Made by a program: the position numbers and the translations under genes
Shown here: piece after piece, positions 37,475-49,299 of the stretch
How positions within the stretch are numbered: position 1 is the first letter of the stretch
Layout: every line of letters begins with the position of its first letter
Notes under the pieces: model-generated
The model's input: the letters and a program-made list of their open reading frames with translations, nothing else
Told to the model about the DNA's origin: nothing
Database searches by the model: none
Assembly (NCBI RefSeq): GCF_006345805.1
Contig: NC_043003.1
Coordinates: forward strand, 57,908,001-57,972,000
DNA: 64,000 nt
Reading direction: 5' to 3'
From: Octopus sinensis
Lineage: Eukaryota

Positions 37475-37705
37475 GGCACTGAGCTGGCAGAATCGTTAGC
37501 ATGCCGGGCGAAACACTTAGCAGTATTTCGTCTGCCGCTACATTCTGAGTTCAAATTCCGCCAAGGTCAACTTTGCCTTTCATCCTTTCGGGGTCGATTA
37601 AATAAGTACCAGTTACGCACTGGGGTCGATATAATCGACTTAATCCATTTGTCTGTGCTTGTTTGTCCTCTCTGTGTTTAGCCCCTTGTGGGTAGTAAAG
37701 AAATA
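37475..37705 (+). mobile_element. SINE family A with 15-bp TSD
   Basis: AATATTCCTCAGAAA duplicated at 37460-37474 and 37706-37720. Confidence 0.95.
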
Positions 37706-39115
37706 AATATTCCTCAGAAATTGCAGTAGAAAATGGCACTAAATCTGACAGCAAAAACTATTTCAACTTCTGCAAATATTGCTGATGTATCTAATTTCAA
37801 TGTAGCTGCTGCTGCTGTTGTTATTGGTGGTGGTAATGGTGCTGCTACTGCTGCTGCTGCTGCTGGCTGTCCTTTGTACGAAGCTCATAGAACTGTGCTC
37901 TGCAAAACTAGGTTCTGCTTACAGCAAAACTTGTTGACATATATTTGTAAAAAATATGTGTTTAAATCTATGTGTGAGTGGGTGTGTATGAGAGAAAGAG
38001 AATGTGTGTGTGTGCATACATATGTGTTTTTCTATCCGTATATGTGTGTGTTTTTGTGTGTATATATATATATGTATATATATATATATGTATATATATC
38101 TGTTCTACATATAGATATATATATATATATATATATGTTTGTATGTATGTATATTTCTATGTGTATATATATATATGTGTGTGTGTATGTTTGAGTTTAT
38201 ATATGTGTACATATGCACGTGTATATACATGTAAGTATATATATATACATATATTTGTGTTTGTGTATGTATGTGTGTATATATATAAATATATGTGTGT
38301 ATATTTGGTAATCACTGGTTTTACATTGTCGTCAACCAAGCCATTTGGTGATAAAGTCAGTCATACTAATTAGCCCACCTGTAATGATGGTCTTCCAATA
38401 TTGTTAATGAGTACAAATTAGCAGCTTAGTTGGAGATCCTCATTAACGAAAATCTCCTATGTTCCCTGGATTAACACACACACACACACACACACTTACA
38501 CACATAAAGACATGTACTTGCATCCAAGACATTCATATGAAGCAGGTAGTTCACTATGTTATTATGCGTTTAGTGCAGCTGTGAATCACCACCTTTGATG
38601 ATATATACCCTACTGTATTTCATACTCCTTGTCACATCTGTACATCATTCATCATCGTTATCATCATCATTGGTTATCGTCACAGTCGTCATCATCATTG
38701 TCATTGCTGTCAACATCATCGTCATCACCATCACCGTTATCATCATCATCATTATCATCGTCATCACCGTCGTCATCAGCATCATCGCTATCATCATCAT
38801 CATCGTCATCATCATAACCATCTGCATCATAACCATCTGCATCATCATCATCATCACGATCAGTTGACATTTGCTGTCCACTCTCCATGCTTGCATGTGT
38901 CTGGTGGATGGTGGACTCCCCCCACCTGTTTCCAAGCAATGTAATACTTATTAGATAAGTTCTTTTTCTACAGAAGCCTAGAAACAGAACAACAAATGAC
39001 ATCGCTCGTATAACATTGATGTGTGTTTACAACCATCATGTGATATGAAAACAAGAGCACGCACACTCATACACACATGTATATATGACAAGCTGCTTTT
39101 CATAAAGACACACAG

Positions 39116-39147
<32 letters not shown>

Positions 39148-39149
39148 GT

Positions 39150-39375
39150 GGCGAGCTGGCAGAGATGTTAGTACGCCGGGCGAAGTGCTTCGCGGTATTT
39201 CGCCCGTTGCTACGTTCTGAGTTCAAATTCCGCCGAGGTCGACTTTGCCTTTCATCCTTTCGGGGTCGATAAATTAAGTACCAGTTATGCACTGGGGTCG
39301 ATGTAATCGACTTAATCCGTGTGTCTGTCCTTGTTTGTTCCCTCTATGTTTAGCCCCTTGCGGGTAGTAAAGAAA
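39150..39375 (+). mobile_element. Young near-intact SINE family A within a (TA)n tract
   Basis: ggcgagctggcagagatgttag..gttcaaattccgccgaggtcgactttgcctttcatcctttcggggtcgataaattaagtaccag. CpGs are retained. Confidence 0.95.
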
Positions 39376-39376
39376 C

Positions 39377-39414
<38 letters not shown>

Positions 39415-39419
39415 ATATA

Positions 39420-39560
39420 CAACAGGCTTCTTTCAGTTTCTGCTTACCCAATCAGTCTGAGGTTATAATAGAAGATACTTACTCAAGGTGCCATGCAGTG
39501 AGACTGAACCCAGAACCATGTGGTTAGGAAGCCCGCTTCTTCTCACACAGCCACACCTGC
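39420..39560 (-). mobile_element. SINE family B 5' half
   Basis: caaggtgccatgcagtgagactgaacccagaaccatgtggtt..cacacagccac. Confidence 0.8.
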
Positions 39561-39894
39561 ACCACTATGTGGGACATGCACAGGCTAGTGTTATAATAGC
39601 CAGTCGGTTTGTTTAGATCTGGCCACAGTTTGTTAATAACGAGGGTCTCTTTAATTCGAAGAGTGAATATATACATGTGTGGTATGTGTGTATAAGCATG
39701 CACATTGACACATTCAAACCCAGTGGATGCCTTTGAGGGTAGATATCCGTAGCTAGTTTATATAAAGTCTACTTAGATCCTTCTATGTGACGTTTTGTCA
39801 GTTTCTATCTTGATGTGCACATGCCTACATGCAATCACGCACACACACACACACACATACACACACAATGTTAGTATATATGTGTGTGTACCTG

Positions 39895-39930
<36 letters not shown>

Positions 39931-40599
39931 AGGAGAGAGATCGATAGATTCTAAAGATATGTGTAATATAATTATAAATATATGCATGTATACATGTGGT
40001 ATAAATATAAATGTATTTATTTCTGTATAAAGTGTATCTTTATATATTGTGTACCTATATATATACTGATACATATGCATACACTACAAAATATACACAC
40101 AAATGTATACACACTTATACACACTCACATTCCAAATCTATTCATTTTCTCTCAATAATCTAATTAAATTCTATTTATAGTCTAACCATCTTATTTCAAT
40201 TAATGTCACCTGTTTTTTGTACTGCTTTTCTATAGTTCTTTCTTCACATTTTCTCATTTAAGCTTAATGTGAACTCTATGTCTGTATATACGTATGTATG
40301 TATGTACGTATATGTCTGTATGTATGTGTGTAGGTATGTCTGTCTCTGTATTTATCTGCATATGTATTGTGTGTGTGTGTGTGTATGTGTGTTTGTGTTT
40401 TATGCAATATGTATATCACATGTGCTTCTGGTAGTAAAGCCTAATGGTAGAAGCCATGATGTTGGATCTAGTTGAGTTTGTTCCAGTGGAGCTACACATT
40501 GTGCTTGAGGTTTTTTTTTTCTTTTCTTCTCTGTTGAAAGGGATAAAACTGGCATGGCCCTATGGTTTGGTTCTCTACTCATACATCGAATCATTCCAG

Positions 40600-41610
40600 T
40601 GACTATGATATATCTATACTTAGAGTTTGCATCACCAATCTGGAACCTCTCTCTTGCTCAGCATATCGATCTTCTGGAAACTCTTCAGAAATGTGCAACC
40701 AGATGAATGAAAGAGTCCAGAAGCTAGCTACCTGCATGGTTCTTGGTCTCAAGCATTTGTCTTAGGAAGAAAGGCTGAAGACGCTCGACCTTTATTCTCT
40801 CGAAAAGCAACGCCGCCATGGTGATCACATTCTCGCTCACAACATCATAAGCGGAAAGTGTAACCTCTTGAAAGAGCTGTTCTTCACACCTGCTCTAGAG
40901 CATGGGCTGCGGGGTCACTCCGAAAAGCTCTATCTACGACAATTTCATCTCAATCGAAGGAGAGGGGCTTTCTCCGTCCGGGTTGTGGATCCGTGGAATA
41001 AGTTGCTGGATGAGATAGTGAAGATGCCGACGACCGCTCGGTTCAAAGTCTCTCTTGACCAGAAATGGCCTGAACTCTTTGTATGACCACCCTCCCTCTA
41101 CATAACTCCCTATCCCCCTACATGGCCTTGCTTTTGCTTTTTGAGGCAATAAAAATTGAATTGAATTGAATACCTGCGATCAGACATCTATCATACTCTG
41201 AACGTCTTGCTTCTCTGGGTATGGACACATTAAAGCTCTGAAATCTAACAACTGGCTTCATAGACACTCACAAGATCATCCACCATCTTCCCAACAACAA
41301 CCTTGAGCACCTTTTTGAATTTATACATCTAACACTCATGGATATGCTTACAAAATCATGGCTTTTGGAGATATTTTTTTATGTTCAGATTTGCTACAGC
41401 ATGGACTAAACTACCCTCATCAATTGGTAGCTGCCAGAAACTGCAGTGCTTCGCAATATTTCTCAACAGTGCACCTGGCTCTTCACACCTTGTTTTAAAA
41501 TGACTCATTCACTGTTCACTTCCTTTGTACTGCTCAAGCAGTTTTGGTTGCTTTTTCTGAAGAGTTGTAGTACACCTGAGCATTGTATAGAATAAGTTCA
41601 TTATATATAT
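40600..41610 (+). pseudogene. Older CR1-like LINE 3' end, split by a younger CR1 at 40708/41172
   Basis: Left part LEFASPIWNLSLAQHIDLLETLQKCATR*. Right part IPAIRHLSYSERLASLGMDTLKL*...NTHGYAYK...FFMFRFATAWTKLP. Both match CR1 ORF2 C-terminal motifs. Confidence 0.85.
40709..41171 (+). pseudogene. Younger 5'-truncated CR1-like LINE with (TTGAA)n tail
   Basis: Single frame 40709-41086 with one stop: ERVQKLATCMVLGLKHLS*EERLKTLDLYSLEKQRRHGD...LRGHSEKL...RRGAFSVRVVDPWNKL...FKVSLD. Confidence 0.9.
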
Positions 41611-41612
41611 AT

Positions 41613-41894
41613 AATCATCATCATCATTGTTTAACATCCGCTTTGCATGCTGGCTGCACTAGGCTCATTCTGATCTGGCAAAGTTTCTACAGCTGGATGC
41701 CCTTCCTAACGCCAACCACTCCAAGAGTGTAGTGGGTGCTTTTACGTGCTCCCTGCACGAGGACCAGTCAGGCGGTTCCGGCAATGACCATTCTCAAAAG
41801 ATGTTTTTACATGCTACCTGCACGGGAGCCAGTCCAGCAGCACTGGCAACGACCACACTCAAATGTTGTTTTTCATGTGCCACTGGCACATGTG
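41613..41894 (-). mobile_element. RTE 3'UTR copy (left arm of an inverted pair)
   Basis: (CAT)n-tgtttaacatccgc and ctggatgcccttcctaacgccaaccactcc. Confidence 0.85.
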
Positions 41895-41992
41895 CCGGTA
41901 AGGCAACGCCAGTAAGGTAACGCTGGTAAGGCAACACCAGTAAGGCAACGCCGGTAAGGTAACGCTGGTAAGGCAACGCTGGTAAGGCAACA
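41895..41992. repeat. 14-bp minisatellite, 7 units (cYRgtaaggYaacR)
   Basis: Seven consecutive units counted directly. Confidence 0.9.
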
Positions 41993-42200
41993 CCTGACTG
42001 GCCCTCGTGCCGGTGGCATGTAAAAGCACCCACTACACTCTCTGGAGTGGTTGGCATTAGGAAGGGCATCCAGCTGTAGAAACACTGCCGGATCAGACTG
42101 AGCCTGGTGCAGCTTTCTGGCTCACCAGTCTTCAGTCAAACCGTCCAACCCATGCCAGCATGGAAAGCGACGTTAAACAACGACAACGATGATAATGATG
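41993..42200 (+). mobile_element. RTE 3'UTR copy (right arm of an inverted pair)
   Basis: gtaaaagcacccactacactc..ggttggcattaggaagggcatccagctgtagaaa...gacgttaaacaacgacaacgatgat. Confidence 0.85.
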
Positions 42201-42790
42201 ATATATATATATATATACACTCACGTATGTGTATGTATCTTTGTCTGCATGTATATAAATGCATATGTATATATAAATGCATATGTATATATAAATGCAT
42301 ATGTATGTATGTATAAGAAACACTGCCGGATCAGACTGAGCCTGGTGCAGTTTTCTGGCTCACCAGTCTTCAGTCAAACCGTCCAACCCATGCCAGCATG
42401 GAAAGCGGACGTTAAACAACAACGACGATGATGATGATGATGATGATATATATACACTCACGTATGTGTATGTATCTTTGTCTGCATGTATATAAATGCA
42501 TATGTATATATAAATGCATATGTATATATAAATGCATATGTATATATAAATGCATATGTATATATAAATGCATATGTATGTATGTATAAGAAACACTGCC
42601 GGATCAGACTGAGCCTGGTGCAGTTTTCTGGCTCACCAGTCTTCAGTCAAACCGTCCAACCCATGCCAGCATGGAAAGCGGACGTTAAACAACGACAACG
42701 ATGATAATGATGATATATATATATATATACACTCACGTATGTGTATGTATCTTTGTCTGCATGTATATAAATGCATATGTAGGTATAAGT
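42078..42790 (+). repeat. Tandem triplication of the RTE 3' end plus flank
   Basis: agaaacactgccggatcagactgagcc starts at 42078, 42316 and 42589. Confidence 0.9.
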
Positions 42791-43256
42791 ACATGTGAAC
42801 GAGGTGCATAAATATCTAATTGTAGTATTCAATCTGACAAATGGTAACACAAGGACTGTGGACCAACACAACACACACAATATAACACAGACGCACAAAG
42901 TCGATGGCTGTTTGTTTCTCTTCGTTATTTACCAATTCCAATTTTTATTTCCATTGTTGTTTTTGTTGTTGCTATTCTTGTACCCGAATGATTTATTTTT
43001 GTTAAATTACCGCAATTATTTCTATTTTCTTCTATTTATTCGTTTGTTTTATATATCTTCTTTCTTTCTGTTTGTTGCTTGTTTTCTGTCATTGTTTTAT
43101 TTCATTTTCTCATTTTATTTTTATGTTGTTTCATTTTATTTATAAGTTTATTTCTTTCCTTGTTTAGTTTATAAGTGTCTATGTTCATTTTATATCTTTT
43201 ATTTAATTGTTTATAAATATATACACATATATGTATATATATATACACACACACAC

Positions 43257-43291
<35 letters not shown>

Positions 43292-44047
43292 CATATATAT
43301 ATGTATATATATACATATATACACACATATATACATACATATATACATACACACTTACACACAAATATATAGATATATATACATATACATATAAGTGCAT
43401 TCATGCATATATATATCATCATTTAACGTCCACATACATACACACACACACATATATATATCTACATACGTACATGCATATATACATACATACATCATCA
43501 TCATCATCATTTAACATCCACATATATATCACACACATATATATCTACATACATATATACAAGCATGCATGCATATACACATACATACATACATACATAC
43601 GTCATCATCATCATCATCATTGTTTAACGTCCGCCTTCCATGCTGGCATGGGTGGTGTGCATTTTGTGTTTGTTTTGCATTATTTATGTTTGTCTCTCCT
43701 TGTTTACTTCTACACGTGTTTTATTTATTTTATCTTTTAGGTTTCTTTTTTTTGTATTTATTTTCTTTCTTTATACATTTTCTATTATTTATCTTTATTT
43801 CTTTTCATTTTATAATTGGGTTTTTTTTTTTTTTTGTATTTTGTTTTTAGTTCATTATTCATTTGTTCATTTTCTTTTTTTTTTTTGCCTCACCTTTTCG
43901 TTTAATTGTTAAGTAAAGGTGTTTTATGTATGATTTGTTGATCTGTGCTCTGCGTACCACTCTTGTTGTTCTCCTTCTTGTTTTGCTCTTGTGTTTGCTG
44001 TTCATTTACATCCAACACGAGTACCACTACAGCAGCGACCACCACCA

Positions 44048-44110
44048 TCAACAACAGCATTATTATTCTTATCCTTATTATTACCATCATTATCATTATT
44101 ATTATTATTA

Positions 44111-44163
<53 letters not shown>

Positions 44164-44188
44164 GTTATTATTATTATTATTATTATTA

Positions 44189-44220
<32 letters not shown>

Positions 44221-44236
44221 GTTATTATTATTATTA

Positions 44237-44286
<50 letters not shown>

Positions 44287-44320
44287 GTTATTATTATTAT
44301 TATTATTATTATCATTATTA

Positions 44321-44373
<53 letters not shown>

Positions 44374-44383
44374 GTTATTATAA
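44048..44383. repeat. Very long (ATT)n microsatellite
   Basis: Directly visible. Confidence 0.95.
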
Positions 44384-46168
44384 ATGGTAGTAGTGTTTTG
44401 GGAGTTTAGTTGCAAAGTAATTTACATGTTGCATTTCACAACATGCAAATTACGATTGCAATTACAGGAATAATGCACAGCGGCAGCAACGGCTGCAACA
44501 AAAGCAGGCTTACATTAACCATTGCCACCACCGCCACCACAATCTCTACCACCACCACCACCACCACCACCAATACTGTCACCTTGATTTGCACAAGAAA
44601 CATTGTCACTGACATCATCATCATCATCATCATCATCATTCTCAATACCATTATCACTGTAACCAATATTGTTATCATCAACATCACACCACTGCCACCA
44701 CTGTTGCTATTAGCATCGTCTTCATCATTCACATCACCGATACCCCATCATCATCATCATCATCACCACCACCACTACTATATCCAAAATCATTATTATC
44801 AACATCGCCGCCAGCACCATTTTCATCAGTACCAACAACAACACCACTGTCACCGCCACCATCATCACCAGCATTGCTATTATCAACACCTTCACCACTA
44901 CCACCAAAACCACCACCAACACTATTACCAACACAAACACCACCATTAGCACTACCAACACCACCACCGACAACAACACTTCCACCACCACCATTTCACT
45001 GTCCTTACTATCAATACTATTTACTACTGTCATTACCATGGTAACAGTCTTTACTGCTACTATCACCACCACCACCACAACAACTCTACAATCTCCTCTA
45101 ATAATAATAATTATGATAATAATAATAATAATAATAGTAATAATAACTGACACTATTGTTGTCACTGCTACCACAAACACCATTTTACTTCCCATATTTG
45201 AAAAGAAATTTGGTCTGGTCACAGCTGGAACTAACCATTTATTATAGCTTCTAACTAAGCAACAGCAACACCAACGACGACAACAACAATAGCATGTCTT
45301 TGAGAGACACCAACGTTAATATTTAGTTAACTTGCTGACAGGGAAGAAACAACTTTCTTTTGTTTTCATTCATTAAGGTTTTGCTTTGTACTATTGGGGT
45401 CAGATGTTTCACTCGTTACATAATAATAAAACGAAGCGATGTGAATGGATGTATAATATTAAATATACTGTTACCATAACCAATAACCAAACCGTTTCCA
45501 CTGCTTCTGCTTCGTTGAGGAGATCCGTTGAATAGGACTTGGCGCGAGACTCTGCGAGTTGGTCAGAATCATTGAAATTTCAGTAAATTAATAAGCTCAT
45601 GATTCTTCCGATGTTCTTCGCAGTGAAAAGTTTTAAATTCGACCATTGACAGGTATTTGGAACGTGGGGGAAGCAATGGAGATGGAAGTGGTGGTGGCGG
45701 TGGCAGTGGAGGGTGGTTGTGGTGTGGTGGTGGTGGTAGAGGGGGTTCTCGGTGCGCTCGGCTTTTATGCTGCTGCAAAATAGCTGCGACATAAAAGTCG
45801 AAAGTAAGTGGTATCATCATCATCATCATCATTGTTATTGCTGTTTGTTCTCCTCCTCCTCCTCCTCGACGTCATCATGAACATCGTTATGATTCCCCTC
45901 ATCACCATTTTCATCATTATATTCATCATCGTCATCGTCATCACCATCACCATCATCATTGTTGTAATACTTCCCTCGTCCTACTCATCTTCCTCCTCCT
46001 CATTATCATCATCATCATCCTTTTTCTTTCTCCAACTCATCCTTCTCCTCATCTTTCTCACCCTCCTCATCCTTCTCCTCATCTTTCTCACCCTCCTCAT
46101 CATCTCATCTTCATCATCATCATCATCACCTTCATCATCGTTAAGACCACGTTGATCATGGTCATCAT

Positions 46169-46219
<51 letters not shown>

Positions 46220-46344
46220 CACTATTATTGTCATTGTTAACTAACTGTTGTTCAATAATAACCTTGTTCGATAATGGTGAGTTTCAGAAAACTGTGTGTA
46301 GTTACGGCTGGCAATGGTGGTGATGGTGAAGTATACGGGTGGCC

Positions 46345-46386
<42 letters not shown>

Positions 46387-46730
46387 TAAGCTGTACACCC
46401 AAGTATTACCATTGTCTTTCACCACCACTACCACTACGCCACCACCATCACCACTTCCCTTCTTCGCTATCATTCCTTCACTGCCCTTTGCTCGCTTGTT
46501 GCTGGAACTGGCACGAGATGAGAATTGGCTTGTCTTTATTGATGTAATCTCCAAGAGTTCCCCACTAAGCCAGAAGAATGCTATTCTCTGGAACAGACAG
46601 ATCTGTGAAAGTCTGTTATTATTTATGATTAACTCTCTGAGAATGGTTTTGCACAATATCATTCCTTTACTTCACTCTCTTTCTCCAAAAATCTTCCTGT
46701 TTTTTTGTTTTTCCATTCTTTTCTCTAGTT

Positions 46731-46801
<71 letters not shown>

Positions 46802-46825
46802 GAAGATGATGTTAATAATAACAGT

Positions 46826-47025
46826 GGTAATTCTTTCTAATTTTGGCACAACACCAGTAATTTTGAGTTGTGGGCAGTTAATCGATTACATTAATGGTTC
46901 CAATACTCAACTGGTACTTTATTTTTATGAGCCCTGGAAGGACAAAAGGCAAATTCATTCTTGGTAGGATTTGAACCCTGAATGTAATGGGGGATAACAA
47001 ATACTACTGCAAAGTATTTTTTCAG

Positions 47026-47057
<32 letters not shown>

Positions 47058-47269
47058 TCTTTCTGCTGGAAGCACAAGGCCTCAGATTTGGGGGAAAGGA
47101 TTAAGTCAATTCCATCAACCCCAGGGCATAACTGGTACTTATTTAATTGACTCCAAATGGATGAAAGGCAAAGTCAACCTCGACTGAATTTGAACTCAGA
47201 ACATAGCAGCAGACGAAATATCATTAAGCATTCCATCCAGTGTGCTAACGATTCTGCCAGCTCGTCACC
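46826..47269 (-). mobile_element. Two tandem SINE family A copies separated by (TAA)n
   Basis: caactggtacttt..ggatttgaacc (degenerate) and ggatgaaaggcaaagtcaacctcgactgaatttgaactcagaac..ttctgccagctcg. Confidence 0.8.
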
Positions 47270-47424
47270 TTATAATTAATAAATATTTTGTTTCACTCAA
47301 ACTATCCATTATTTTCATTGAATAGACAATAACCAATGGGTTTTTTTTTTAAGCCTTCAGCTCTTTCAACAATGTATGATGATGATGATGATGATGATGA
47401 TAATTTCATTTATTTGCCATCAGG

Positions 47425-47773
47425 AATAACGATTTGAGGTGGAAAATGTGCATGTTGTTGACAATAAAGAGAGTGGATGTGATACCAGTAATAATTGGTG
47501 CACTTGGAAGTATTAGCACTCAACTACCGACATGGCTGAAAAAGATTGGTGCATTCATAAAGATAGATCGTCTAAAAAAAATCATCATTGCTTGGAACTG
47601 CAAGAGTTCTCCGCAGGGTTCTTGAAGCATGATCAGTAAACAAGTCCCACCTTAATCTGCCCTTATCAGACGAGTAGTCATGATGGGTATACTGGGCTTC
47701 ATATATTTGTACCCCAGTGTCACATTTATGGCATGCACTGCTCTCTCACTCAATGATAATAATAATAATAATG

Positions 47774-47812
<39 letters not shown>
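47425..47812 (+). pseudogene. Second R4/Dong-like element 3' end with (TAA)n tail
   Basis: KRVDVIPVIIGALGSISTQLPTWLKKIG...(frameshift)LLGTARVLRRVLEA* parallels the IPI.VGALG...LLGTA.ILRK end of 27115-27566. Confidence 0.8.
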
Positions 47813-47992
47813 GTTTTCTGATTTAAGTATGAAGCCAGTGATTTTGAGGGGAAGGGAATTGGTCAGTTACATCAACACCAGTATTTAACTGGTGGCACTT
47901 TATTTTATTGACTTTGGAGATACAAAATTCAAAGTGGCCTCAGCAGGATTTTAATTCAGAAAGTAGGTAGAAGTATGGGAACAAATTCTGTA

Positions 47993-48157
47993 GGAGTGGC
48001 TGTGTGGTAAGTAGCTTGCTTACGAACCACATTGTTCTGGGTTCAGTCCCACTGTGTGGCACCATGTGCAAGTGTCTTCTACTATAGCCTTGGGCCAACC
48101 GAAGCCTTGTGAGTGGATTTGGTAGGTGGAAACTGAAAGAAACCTGTCATATATATG

Positions 48158-48188
<31 letters not shown>

Positions 48189-48490
48189 ATATATTTGTGT
48201 GTCTCTGTTTGTCCCCCCAACATCGCTTGACAACCGATGCTGTTGTGTTTATGTCCCTGTAACTTAATATGTGTGTGTGTATATGTTTGTGTGTCTCTGT
48301 TTGTCCCCCCAACATCGCTCGACAACCGATGCTGTTGTGTTTATGTCCCTGTAACTTAGCAGTTCGGCAAAAGAGGCCGATAGAATAAGTACTAGGTTTA
48401 CAAAAAATAAGTACTGGAGTCGATTTGCTCAACTAAAGGCGGTGCTCCAGCATGGCCACAGTCAAATGACTGAAACAAGTAAAAGAGTAA
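47993..48490 (+). mobile_element. Full-length SINE family B with an internal 92-bp tandem duplication
   Basis: Head ggagtggctgtgtggtaag to tail gactgaaacaagtaaaagagtaa. Duplicated block starts at 48194 and 48286. Confidence 0.9.
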
Positions 48491-48699
48491 GACAAGTTTT
48501 TTTTTTTTTTTCCATTCCTCTAACAACAATTCTGCTTGCTTACAGGCAAAGAAAGAGAAAACATTTCATAAATGAATTGCCAATGAGCAAAGGAAGCTGG
48601 AATATGGTTGATTGCCTAATCTGTGGGAAATGGTAGCCAGCTCAATAGATTATCTCTGAAATCTTGCCTTTAAGTGTCTTGGAAAATAAAAGATGAAAA

Positions 48700-48737
<38 letters not shown>

Positions 48738-49299
48738 GGGAACTGGAGAATTATGCATTGAGCAGTGTGATTCTATATTCTACATATGAACCGTTTCTCA
48801 AAGGTAGCGGCAAACTGATTATGGCTGGAACACTGTGAATGGTAACGAAATGGCAACAGCGAGACCAGAAGGAGAGAAACTTATAAATGAAATAGAAAAA
48901 TATATACAACGTGTATGTTGCAATGAGGTTAGGCATCCACCTAGGGTCAATCAGGTGGAGGAGGAAGTGGTGGTGGTGGTGGAGGTGGCGGTGGTTTTGG
49001 TGGTGGTGGTGGTGGTAGGTGGAGATGGTAGACAAAAATAAGGCCTTTTTGTAATATTTTAGTTCTAAGATCCCTTCATGTTCAGAGTTCAAATCCCACT
49101 GGCATCAAGCTTGCATTTCCTCCTGCCGGACATGAATAAAGTAAATACTCTGGGTCAGAGAAGGGGATGGCTAAAGGGTCTGGATATATTTGTACCACAC
49201 ACATGTACACACACACACACACATACACACGTGCACACACACACACAGTCTTTCTCTCTATCCCTCTATCTCTCTCAATCTTTGTAGTCTTGTATATTT

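Noticed and set aside
41895-41992. CRISPR-like array (also the 63-bp units at 17760 and the 42078 triplication)
   Set aside because: These are contiguous tandem units without unique spacers, in a eukaryotic context with no cas genes.
48519-48636. Possible 87-nt exon after CTAAC...TTACAG (QRKRKHFINELPM...DCLICGK)
   Set aside because: The acceptor is plausible but the only donors (GTAGCC, GTTGAT) are poor, and the peptide is not recognised.
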